A program made the position numbers and the translations under genes. The notes under the pieces are model-generated. The model was not told the DNA's origin and searched no databases. It saw only the letters and a program-made list of their open reading frames with translations. Below, in pieces: positions 26,520 to 37,700 of a stretch of 64,000 nucleotides of DNA. The stretch lies in IMG/VR virus record IMGVR_UViG_3300042317_001497. One strand, written 5' to 3'. Numbering within the stretch: the first letter of the stretch is position 1; each line of letters starts with the position of its first letter. The DNA comes from a virus.

Positions 26520-29500
26520 ACTCCTGTGAACGATACTTTGCCGAAATCCCAGACATTATTATCTACTGGTTCTGGAGGATTGTATGGGTCTGTGCCTATA
26601 CTAGCTATACTAGCATACATTCCTCCTCCACTGCTATTAATAGCTCTTATTCTAAATATATATCTAGAGTTATTATTTAGTCCAGTTAAAATTTTTGGAG
26701 ATGCGGCTACTATATTATTAATTTCTGAAGTAGCATTAATCCAGGTATTTCCGCCATCAGAAGATCTTTGTATAAAGTATCCCGTTACGCTAGAACTACC
26801 AACATTAGAGGGACTATTCCAACTTAAAGTTGCTTGTAAATTTTGTCTAGTAATTTGTAAATTAGTTGGCGCCCCAGGAACATCAGTATCCGGTGTAACT
26901 TGATTAGAAATTTCTGAAGCAGCTCCATTCCCGATTTCGTTTATTGCAGAAACTCTGAAGTAATAATCTATACCATTAGTTAAACCTGTAATATTGGCGA
27001 ATGTATCAGTTGATGGAGCTTTGTTATATACTGTCCATGTTCCGCCATCATTAGCACTATATTCTATTAGATAATTAGTTATAGGAGATCCTCCGTCATC
27101 AGCTGGAGAGGTCCATGTTAATGATGCAGAAGAATTGCCTTCTACTCCTACTAGCGATGTTGGAGAATCTGGGATGGACGCTGGCGCAGTGGGTACTTGT
27201 GATACCAAATAACCAGAAGCATTAATAGTTAAAGGAGCATTTGGAACAAAAGTATTTACTCCTTGTTTCAATACGATGCTCTGAGTTATCAGACCCTCTG
27301 CGTATATATATTTGTTAACAGTCAAATCTGCATATAGAGCTAATGTTGAAGATCCACTAGGTATACTATTAATGATATAAGGAGTTTTTGTATTGATACA
27401 GGTTTTAGCTGATTCGTCTTTATTAAAACCTATTGGTAAAGTTTTACCTATATCCGAATATCCAGATAAATAAACTCCAGAAATTAAACTTCCAGAAACA
27501 GCATTAGATGTATGAGAATCAACCTTGAATGCTGGGATCAAACCACTAGGCAATCCATAAGAATCTTTACCAAAAATATTCTCTTCATATCTGTTGTATT
27601 GGGTGGGTTTATGTCCATATATGGCAAAGTCTATTCTTTCAGCTAGAGTATTAAATGTGGTAGCCGTATCTGGACGAATACTAATAGTATTTAATGTACT
27701 AGGTTTAAATTTATATGGACTATTCGGATCATCATCAGATTCACATGAAAATCCGCCAACCGCAGAAGGCTCTAACTGCATAGATAAATATCCGCCTCTA
27801 TTAACAGCAAAAGCTACACCAGATACTCCAGAAGCTGTAGACCAAGGAATAACAGGACAGAATCTCATTCCTAGTCCATCGGTTGTTGTGTAGAAAGTGT
27901 CTGTAGACGGAGTAACCGACCCAACACCATCTATAATAAAATCTCCATCAGCCGCTTTAACATAACTAATTTCTCTAGTTTCATTATTTACTACAGCGAT
28001 AGTATCAGTATATGGAAACTCTTTTCGTAAAGTTGCCAAATCTCCTTCTGTAAAAACTATCTCATTATTTTTAACTAAAACTGATCGTTTGAGATATCTA
28101 GTCCATTTAACACCGTCTGCATTTAAATAAGTAGCTGGTTGCCAAAGGGCATCTCCTTCACCATTATGGGTAAGTATACTTCCAGAAAAAAATGGATTAT
28201 CCTCACCTATCTGTATAGAAGCAGTTTTAAAAGAGGTTTTTATTTCTACGCCAGATGGATCCAAAACAATATCTTCATACTGTCTGATAAATTTTTCTGA
28301 ATCCAAATATAAAGGACTTAAAATAGAACCATCAGGGATCTGAATACCAGAACCATCAGATGCTGCTTTGATAAGAAGATTCTGATAAGTATTAGTTTGT
28401 CCCGTATTCTCATCACTATAGAATACTCCGCCAGGATAGTTAGTTACAGGATTACCATCCGGTTTTAAATTAATAATATTCTTTACGCTTAAAGTATCTA
28501 CTATTATCCCGCTAATATTTAATGGTTGTGGAGTTTTAATTAAGACAGCTCCACTAGTAGCTAGTATAATACCAGTAGTACTAATTGTTGTTGTATATGT
28601 TGAACCTCCTAGAGGTATAGAAGGACCTATAGATAATATGCCACTATTCTTAATTAAAGAAACCTTTTTATTATCAGCATCTATTAGATTACTAATTTTT
28701 AAACTATCAGAATATACACAACCGCTTACGCTTAAAGAAGCATAGTTGCCGCTAGATAAAGAATAAGGTAGGTTTCTTTTAACTGTTACTGCAGAGTGGC
28801 CTACTGAAGGAATAGTTTCAACAGGCTGATAATAAGCAGACTTATACCATTCATTCAAAGATGGAAGTCCATATTTTTGAAATCTTTTCTTTTGAACGGA
28901 TGAGTCCTCAACAGATATAGTATATGCCCCGTCATTTAATAAATCTGGATCATATGAGGATCCGGACGGAGCGCCTTGGTCTATCCAATTGATAAATCTT
29001 AGAGCAGACAAATAATCTACATATACAACCGGCTTGTATACCATTCCTGATACTGTAGAGTAGCTATATGGGCCAGAGCCAGATCTTGCTATACCTCCTA
29101 ATAAACCAGACGAAGCCATATTGGAGTTATATAAAGAGTATGGATCCCCAGACAAAGCAACAGAATTTAAAAATTTACAATATTGATTATTAGTTATTTC
29201 TGATTCGGTCATGCCGAAACTATAAGGAACAGAGCCAAGATTAGGAATAGTTAATAGTTCGGGAGAGGATGTATAATCATATAGTCCTGATGTATCCTCA
29301 GGATTATTCACATCATCTACTGATATAAATTTAAGATCTAGTAAATTGGATATATATGCACTACCAGCAGCGTCTAGATTATTACGAACTCTAAATCCTA
29401 TCTTATTATTTTCTGTATTATTTGGGAAGGCTCTGATACTCTTATACTCATTAGCATTAGTGGAATTCCAAGAACCACCAGCTACATATTCTATATTATC

Positions 29501-31699
29501 AGTAGAGTATATTTTATCATTCTCTATCCATTCAGAAACATTATCTCCTTGATCATATGTTCCATAATAACTTTTTGTAATATCATCCCCAACAATCCTT
29601 AATACTCCTGTGGTGCTAGGATTATAGGATGTATATACTCCTTTAGAAGATGATGACTGATTAATATTTGCAAATACCTCTAGAGCTGGAATATTATCTA
29701 TCCCATAAACTAGAAAATTAATATCTTTATGCAGATTATTGAATACCGTATCTGTTTGGGGTCTGATGCTCAGAATATTTGCTGTTGAATCTGAAACATT
29801 GCCGCTTTTAACATATCTGGTATTTTTAAGATACCCGCCCTGAGTTATAGAATAGACCTTAACATTTGCTACAGTATTTACTGTGATATTACTATCTACT
29901 AAAATTGAAATAATATTATTATTTTCTATTTCGATGTCTTTTACTATTCTATAAAAAACATCAGTATCTGTTTCTATAGCAACTTGATCTCCTATAGCAA
30001 ATTCTTTTACAGGAATAGGGTCTATGGGGGCGATTTGTTTCAAACAGACATTTGCTGTTCTTGCGGGATACTGATTCCATGATAGTGATTTTTCAGTAAT
30101 AAAAAACTGTTCCGGAGTTAATGACCCAACTATTAATCCACTAGCACTTGTTGTTAGTATTCTACCAGAAGGAATAGATCCTATAGTAAAAGAAGAATCA
30201 TTTGTAGTTAAAACTCCTGAAGAATTTACCATCAATAACTTATTAGGAGAAATATTTGGTAATGAAAGTGTAGAGATAGAGCCTGAACCAATATTAATTT
30301 TAGTAGCATTGAAAATTCCGGTCATGCTAATATTATTAGTATTAATATTGATAGCATTATTAGTTACAGTAATATTATTATTAGAGTATCCTAAAACACT
30401 AGCTCCTTGATTATTAATTACCAGAGCATTGCCACTAGTATATCCAACAGTTACGGCATTAGGATTTGCTTGTAATACAGAAACTCCGGATCCTGAGCTA
30501 TCCACTAATAATTCAATTTGTCCTTTCGTAGAACCTTCTGTTAAAACCAGGGCTTTAGATTGTAATTTTCCATATTCTACTTTATTTCCCAAATTATTTT
30601 TAGCAGCAAGGGAAAGTGATGAAACAACCGAGTTGGCGTCGATAGAAGATGCTGGTTTATGATATAGAGTTATATTAGCAGGATAGCAAGAACTTCTATT
30701 TTCTAATCTTATACCCTCTTTACAATTATTATTAATTAGATGTAAAACTGTTTGAGGTGTGGCACCAGAAGGAATATTAAGACCAAGTTTACCATCATAT
30801 GTAAAAAATAAACTATTATTAAGTCCTGAGCCCTTAACTAAAAAGTTAGAATCTGTACCATCATTATTTATTATTGTTGGGGAATTGCCAGATGATGGTA
30901 TAATAGAATGTGCAGATGATGATGATGATGATCCAAATAGTAGTTGTCCGTTACTGGACCAATATACATCTGTACCATCTATGGTTCCATCATTATTAAA
31001 TTGTAATGAGCGGTCGTCTCCTGCTCCTTCTACACTGGATATTGTGTATGACCCGTCTGAAAGTCCCATAGCTTTTATGTTTGGTGCGTCTATTTGGTCT
31101 TTAAGTTCTACCCAATCTGTGCCAGTAGAAATAACTTGTGTAAATTTATCGCTACCTGTTAATGTTGTAAGAATTTCATTATTAGATTTTTTAATGATTA
31201 AGTCATTAGATCCAGAACCAACTGTTTTGAATTTAAGTTCTAATCCGGCACATTTTGAAGGATCTGGTAATGAGGCTTCTGAAGCATTATTACTAGTGTC
31301 CACAATATAAACACATCGAATAGAATCAGCAATAAAATTATTGTTTTTTAATACTACATTATTAAAGCCCGTATTAAAATTATATTCGTTTGCGAATATG
31401 TAAAAACTTTTGGTTCCGCCAGCTGAAAAATCAACAAGTTGATCATTATTAGAAGATTTTACAACCTGTACTCTTTCAACACATATAGAAGAATTTACTA
31501 CAACAACCTTACCTATACCAATCTCCCACAATACTTTGCTATTATTAACGTTACGAACCAGATATGGGATATGAGCATTAATATGGTCAATATTTAAAGA
31601 CTTATAACCAGGAAGGGAAGAGCCTATTAAAAACTTATCATTTTGATAAGAAAAATATGAACCGATATTATCAAATATATATATTGGTGAATTAATCAT
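26510..31699 (-). CDS. Tail fibre/adhesin with FGE-sulfatase-like domain and two C-terminal fibronectin type III domains
   Basis: N-terminal fibre motif WEIGIG...SSNN..LVDFSAG.K; FGE motifs at ~28820-29590; two FN3 units (PDSPT.L...LTWTSPADDGGSPITNY.IEYS and PGAPTNL...LSWNSPSNVGSSSVTGY) at ~26560-27190. Confidence 0.8.
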   Translation of the reverse strand: MINSPIYIFDNIGSYFSYQNDKFLIGSSLPGYKSLNIDHINAHIPYLVRNVNNSKVLWEIGIGKVVVVNSSICVERVQVVKSSNNDQLVDFSAGGTKSFYIFANEYNFNTGFNNVVLKNNNFIADSIRCVYIVDTSNNASEASLPDPSKCAGLELKFKTVGSGSNDLIIKKSNNEILTTLTGSDKFTQVISTGTDWVELKDQIDAPNIKAMGLSDGSYTISSVEGAGDDRSLQFNNDGTIDGTDVYWSSNGQLLFGSSSSSSAHSIIPSSGNSPTIINNDGTDSNFLVKGSGLNNSLFFTYDGKLGLNIPSGATPQTVLHLINNNCKEGIRLENRSSCYPANITLYHKPASSIDANSVVSSLSLAAKNNLGNKVEYGKLQSKALVLTEGSTKGQIELLVDSSGSGVSVLQANPNAVTVGYTSGNALVINNQGASVLGYSNNNITVTNNAININTNNISMTGIFNATKINIGSGSISTLSLPNISPNKLLMVNSSGVLTTNDSSFTIGSIPSGRILTTSASGLIVGSLTPEQFFITEKSLSWNQYPARTANVCLKQIAPIDPIPVKEFAIGDQVAIETDTDVFYRIVKDIEIENNNIISILVDSNITVNTVANVKVYSITQGGYLKNTRYVKSGNVSDSTANILSIRPQTDTVFNNLHKDINFLVYGIDNIPALEVFANINQSSSSKGVYTSYNPSTTGVLRIVGDDITKSYYGTYDQGDNVSEWIENDKIYSTDNIEYVAGGSWNSTNANEYKSIRAFPNNTENNKIGFRVRNNLDAAGSAYISNLLDLKFISVDDVNNPEDTSGLYDYTSSPELLTIPNLGSVPYSFGMTESEITNNQYCKFLNSVALSGDPYSLYNSNMASSGLLGGIARSGSGPYSYSTVSGMVYKPVVYVDYLSALRFINWIDQGAPSGSSYDPDLLNDGAYTISVEDSSVQKKRFQKYGLPSLNEWYKSAYYQPVETIPSVGHSAVTVKRNLPYSLSSGNYASLSVSGCVYSDSLKISNLIDADNKKVSLIKNSGILSIGPSIPLGGSTYTTTISTTGIILATSGAVLIKTPQPLNISGIIVDTLSVKNIINLKPDGNPVTNYPGGVFYSDENTGQTNTYQNLLIKAASDGSGIQIPDGSILSPLYLDSEKFIRQYEDIVLDPSGVEIKTSFKTASIQIGEDNPFFSGSILTHNGEGDALWQPATYLNADGVKWTRYLKRSVLVKNNEIVFTEGDLATLRKEFPYTDTIAVVNNETREISYVKAADGDFIIDGVGSVTPSTDTFYTTTDGLGMRFCPVIPWSTASGVSGVAFAVNRGGYLSMQLEPSAVGGFSCESDDDPNSPYKFKPSTLNTISIRPDTATTFNTLAERIDFAIYGHKPTQYNRYEENIFGKDSYGLPSGLIPAFKVDSHTSNAVSGSLISGVYLSGYSDIGKTLPIGFNKDESAKTCINTKTPYIINSIPSGSSTLALYADLTVNKYIYAEGLITQSIVLKQGVNTFVPNAPLTINASGYLVSQVPTAPASIPDSPTSLVGVEGNSSASLTWTSPADDGGSPITNYLIEYSANDGGTWTVYNKAPSTDTFANITGLTNGIDYYFRVSAINEIGNGAASEISNQVTPDTDVPGAPTNLQITRQNLQATLSWNSPSNVGSSSVTGYFIQRSSDGGNTWINATSEINNIVAASPKILTGLNNNSRYIFRIRAINSSGGGMYASIASIGTDPYNPPEPVDNNVWDFGKVSFTGVCS

Positions 31700-31729
31700 G
31701 GGTTTTCCTTGAAAGAATATGTAAGTTTA

Positions 31730-31735
31730 TACACC
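31730..31735 (-). promoter_or_regulatory. GGTGTA motif, candidate late promoter element
   Basis: Intergenic after the TMP, 31 nt upstream of ATG 31699. Confidence 0.5.
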
Positions 31736-31792
31736 TTTAAAAATTTAGTTTGGATTGATTGTGTCATATTGATTTACTGGCCAAATATAGGT

Positions 31793-34700
31793 TTATGGTT
31801 TGCCTGCTGGTTTGGAAGGACTTCCTAACTCCACGGCCCCGTCGTTATTTTTTGTTATCACTTTTCTTAATTCGTCTATCTGTCTACCAACTTCTGCTAC
31901 TACGCTAGACGCTATAGTCTGCTCAATACTTTGTAATATACTAGCTCCTTCTTTAAGATTAATATTTACTTCATGAGTAGCACTAATATTAATGGTGGGA
32001 GGAATATCTATAGAAGATAATTGTTTAGTTAATGAATTTAAGCTAGAAACAAAGTCCCCCATTACCTTTTGTCCAAAATCAAATTTAATAGTTGATAATG
32101 ATTTTACATTTCGACTAAAACTCTTACTAAAAGAGCTTAGAACTGTAGAGGAAACAGAATCTAATCCTAGTAGGCTAGATATACCAGCAGATACAGCATT
32201 CCCTATGTTTAGTCCTCCTCTATCAAAGTACTTCGGCTGAACAACTACTCCTCCTGTACTATAATTACCACTATTAATACTTTTTAATAATGGAAGATTA
32301 TTCTGAGTAGCTCGTCTATTAACAACAAACTCTCCAGGGGTTAACATAGCAGGAACAGTATCGGTACCACGAGGAGCAAAGTTTACAAGTGTTCCATTAC
32401 TAGCATAAATAAGACCACCATTAGCTCTGGTCTGTGGTTTCTGAAATTCTGGCGCCTTTTGATCCCTGCTCTCTTTAGCTTTTTTCATCTCGTCTAATTT
32501 AATACGACTTGGTAAGAGTCCAAAAAATCCAGCAGTTAAATTTTGTAAACTTGTATTAGCTGTATTATAATTATCATCAAGATATTTATTATCATCTGGT
32601 GTAGGATCTTTTGATGATAAATATGAATCTTGAAAGAGATACCAATTTTTAAGTGCAGTTATATCAGTTTTAACTTTATCTAAATTTTTATTTTTATTAT
32701 CAGCAGGGAAAAATGATAATAATTGATCTATAAGACTTTGTCTAGCTTGTACGGGAAAAAAGCTATAGGGATTTAGAGATAGTGCTCCTAGCTCTCTTAT
32801 GCTTTTAGGAGTATCTTTATCTGTTAATTTTTTATATGTTATAATGCCAGTTTTGTTATCAACGGTGGCTGTTTCACCAGTGCCAACAGTATCTCGAATA
32901 GCCTTATCTACTGCTTTCTGTTCTGCTTCTGGAATTTTCTTATCCGCAGCCACCCCTTTCTCATTAGTCTCTGCTAAAATCATTTCTGCAGCTATTTTGC
33001 TTTTTCCAGCATTTTTTAACATTTGACCATAGGATTTAATTTTTTCAAAAAGTGGTGTGACATTTTTCACTTTCTCTAAATCAAATTCTCCAGCCCCTAA
33101 TATAGATCCTAGTTCTTTGGAAGGATCTGATAGGGATAGGGCTCCAATAAATTTCGATACTGCCCCAACATTTCCCCAGGCTGATCCTAACTGGTCATTA
33201 AGAAAATCTCCTTTATTATTGGTTATTCTTTTTCCAAATTCTTTTTGTAGTTTATTTAAGCCTTCTGAGTATGATTTAAATTGATTAGAACTATCAAGTT
33301 TAGTTAAACCAAAATTAGGAATAAATTTTTTGAATACTCCTATAGATGGTAGAATAATATTTTTAATTGCTTCATTGGCATAATCAAGATAAGATTTTCT
33401 AAGCCATGAAGCTTTTGCTTTTTTTCCTTTTCTATCCACACTGGTAGCAAGTTTAGCAGAAGGCTGGAGTGTTGTTTCTCCTCTCTGTTCCATCATTCTA
33501 TTTTTGGCATCTTCTAATTGCTGGAATAAGAAAATCTCTGGTTTGGGATCGGGAATTAACGTATATGCTTTACTTATATCTGATGGGTCTATACCTCCCT
33601 GTATTCCTTCTTCTTGTGTAAGAAGTCTTACTAAGTCTATATTATCTAATTTTAAAGGTTCTTTTGTATTATAGGATCCTGATAATAACTGTGCTATTAA
33701 TGCGGGGTCTTGTGATGTAAATAGTTGCTGTTTAGCCTCTAAAAATGGATTTAGTAGAGGAGCTTCTTTGGATGAGGATAATAAGAATCCATCTAGAAAT
33801 TCATCTGTTGGCGGAATATATCCTTTTTCTTCTGTTAACTTGGGTATCTTTATTTTTTGAGTATTAAATTTGCCTTCATATTTTTCTGATCCTATAGCTA
33901 CTTCGAAAGCATGAGATGTTACTGCTTCATCCAATTGAAAAAGACTTTCTCTTTTCTTGTTTTTTTCTTCTATATCAGATACAATATCTTTGATACGATC
34001 AAGATCTATTGGCTTATTACTCCAATTAAAAGACTGCGCAGTACTATCCTTAACTATATTTAGCTTATTACTATCGCTAGAAAATACATGATCTTTATTA
34101 TCTTTATAAGAATCAACAATTCTATTCCACTTATCATTAAATTGTTTTCTATATATATAAGCAAAATCAGTAATTTTCCCGTAATCTCCCCAGCTTGATG
34201 ATAATTGATTTTTAGGAATAGAAACAAATAAACCACTTAAGTTATCGTCGTACAATGATTCTAATAAAGTATTCATTTTATTATTAGAAGCTTTACTGCT
34301 ATTAATAATAGTAAAATTATTAATATTTTCATATTGATTTTTTAACTCTTCGAAATATTTTAATCTTTCCTTTATATATTTTTGTTTACTCTCAACATCA
34401 GTACCTTTTGCTGTGTTCTCAAGAACACCAGGGCGCAAAATGTCTGTATTAGCTGCTCCTAATTGTTTTCTACCTTTTAGATCCGTTCCCATGAAAGAGG
34501 TAGTTTTTTGAACAGTTGTTAAAGCATTACCATTACCGGTAACTAATCCTTGAGGCTTGGAGTTTGTCCATTGTGCATTATAATATTTATCTTTTACTGG
34601 TTTGGTTGTAATAAATAGTGATCTTTCTAGTATTTTGTCCAGAGACTGTTTATTGCCGTTTTTATATTCTCTATCCCCTGTGTATTTGTCTTCTGCTGAA

Positions 34701-37700
34701 AGTATTTTTTTACCAAGTGTATCGTCATTATTTATCGTAGAGCCGGCCAATTTAGTTACTAAAGTATTCAATAGATCAAGCTGTGTTTGTTTAGATAGAA
34801 ATGAGCTATCTGGATCCTCAATCTTATAGTTTTTAAAATCTTTACCCCCTGTGGTATTATTACTTATTCTATACTTTTTACTATGAGTTTCTAATGCATT
34901 AGTCTGCTGTATTGCCTGATAAGGTAATAAAATATTAGCTAATTCTTCTTCTCTGCTCATACCAACGCCTGTAGTATTATATTTTTCAAATGTTGGCAGA
35001 TTACTTCCCTCCATAACGGTTCCCCAAAGGTATCCTTTTTTTTCTTCTCTATCAATACCGATAGCAATAGGATTAGATGCTCCTAACTCCCAATTGTCCG
35101 GTGTTAGATCAAAAGAGGTGTTAAAAGTCTTTAGATATCTTCTAATCTCATTAATGCCCAGACCATCAGTTTTGGCTTTAAATGCTTCTTTGTCTAATTT
35201 AGCAATAATAGGTCCTGTAAAATCTTGGTCAGTATTATATGATCCATAAACAGTTGCTGGAGTACCGTATAAACGAGAAACCTCATCTGTTTTGGTTAGA
35301 ATATTTTTAACTAAATTCTCCGATAAAACAGGATATTCTTCTTTGGTTAGTCGTACGTCATCAGTAGCAGTCGCTGATTCGGATAGGATACTTTTTCCGG
35401 CTGAAGCCCCAGACCCAGAATCTCTAACATCAACCATGCCTCCAGAAGCATAATATTTGACAGCTCCTCCTGAACTATAGCTATTGATACTCTTCAGTAA
35501 TGGCAGATTTCTTTGAGTAGCACTCCTATTAACAACAAATTCTCCAGGAGTCAACATTGCTGGTACAGTATCTGTTCCTTTTGGTTGAAAAATATTCCCC
35601 CCAACTGATTTATATACTACTCCTCCCGTAGCCATTGTTGGTACTTTATTTATACCCTTTTGTTCATCAGAAGTTTGCATCTGACTAAAATTAAGAGGAG
35701 TATTTTTTATAGCAGCAGCTACAGCGTCTGCCGTACTCCTTGCGATATTCCCGGCCAAATCAGTATTAATTTTAGCCAACTGAATATTAGCCTCTGATTG
35801 TGTTGTAATTGCTTCTCGATAAGTATCTGTAGCAGCTTTCATCTCAGGATCAGCTTCTGGATTTCTTAAAGAGCCTAGTACTTGATCAATAAAAGGATTG
35901 CTTTGTATACCAGATTCTTGTAATTGAGATTGTAAAATATTAGCTTTAACTCCTCCTTGTTTATCTCCTAAAAATGGCATAATCATATTAAGAACATCTA
36001 ATGATTCTTTTCTCTGATCAGCACTAGTGCCAAAATTAGCTTTTCCTTGCATATTATTGGTGAGTCTATTAAATGCTTGATTAAGATTATTAAGTTCACC
36101 AGGAGTGCTAGTCACCAATCTTTCAACAATAGATACTCCAGCTGCTTGCTTTGCTTGTATTTTACTAACTTGATCTAATGCAGCAGATGCTAAATCTCCA
36201 TTCTGTGCTAGTTGCTCTAATGCTGCGACGTTCTCTCTAATAGCGCTATTAGTTTTTACCAAACCATCACTGAAAGCTAGAACTCCTCCCATATCAGTAG
36301 AAGCTTTAGCCTGATCTAGTCCTGTTTGTTGTTGATTTCTTTGTGTTTCTAGATTTTGAATATTTCTTCTAATAGCAGAAGGGTCAGTGGCTCCGCCGGT
36401 GAAACTTCTTGTTTGATTATTGAAATCTGTTTTAGTATCAGATAATTTTATGTCTTTGCCTAATGCTCTATCTAAATTTCTTGTGCCTGTTACTAAAATA
36501 TTTTGAGCATTTCTAAGCCTACTATTGTTTTGTACTTGTATATCTGTTATCTGATTAGTAGCGTCAGATAGTTGATCAAAAGAATTCTTTATAAATTCTA
36601 AGGCCCTGATTGCTGAATCTGAGGCTCCTTTAAGACTCTCTATACTATTAGCTAGTGCTGGTATTTCCTCCATTAGCTGAGAAAAGTCAAGCTTCTCGTC
36701 TCCTCTAGTTCTCATCTTACTAACAGCGGCTTGTACTTGTCCTGTTAATTTATTGGCCAGATCTGGTGGAAAGTTCAAACTCTTTAATTTATCTTTAACA
36801 GCAGATTCTACTTTGGCTCCAATTTCTTCATTATTAGCTCCACCATTGGCTTGTAACGTACTATTAATAGTTGACATTAAAGTGTCTTCAATATTTGCTC
36901 CCAAATTCAACATTTTTTCCATATTACCAGATTGTGCTCCAAATACTGATGAGGCTCCCTTCATAGCAGTAGATCTTTGAGAGTCAGAATAACCTCTTGG
37001 ATTTTTTAATACATCTATCATACTCTGTATTTCACTAGATTTGCCAACTTTGGCATTGCCACTAGCAGAAGCGGCACTTAATTCTAGTTTTTCTGATAAA
37101 GATTGTAATGAATTAGATGATGCTGCTATAGCAATATCCATATTATTGAACATTCTTTTTAAACTAAAACTAAAGTTTCTAGCTGATTTACCAAGAGCTT
37201 CTATTGCCATTTGAGTCTCAGTTGTTTTAATAGCTTTCATGGCAGCAGCATTTCCATATGCAGCTATGATATTTTCTCTTCTGGCTCTTTTGTCCTGTTC
37301 ACTTAATCTTGTGTCTGCTTGTATAAGTTGTAATTGTTTTTCTGCTTCTGGATTTGATCTTGCTAAAATCTCTGCTTGTTTAGCAAATTCTGGTGATGAT
37401 GTTATACTCGCTGACGATTCTCCAGAACGAGTTCTTTGTTCAAAAGCTTTCTTAATATTATCAGCTGGTATAGCAAAGCTTTTAGATATATCGTTTGCCA
37501 TGTCAGGAATAAGATCACGAATATTTGATAGTTCTGTATCTTTATCTCCAGCAGATGCCAAATAGGCAAATATGCCTTTTTTGTCTAGAATTTGAGATCT
37601 ATTAATAGCTCCTTGAGCATCATTATTATCTGTAGCTCCTTCTAATGATCCTAGTAATGCTCCCAAATTACTATTTCCAACTATATCTTGTACAAAACTA

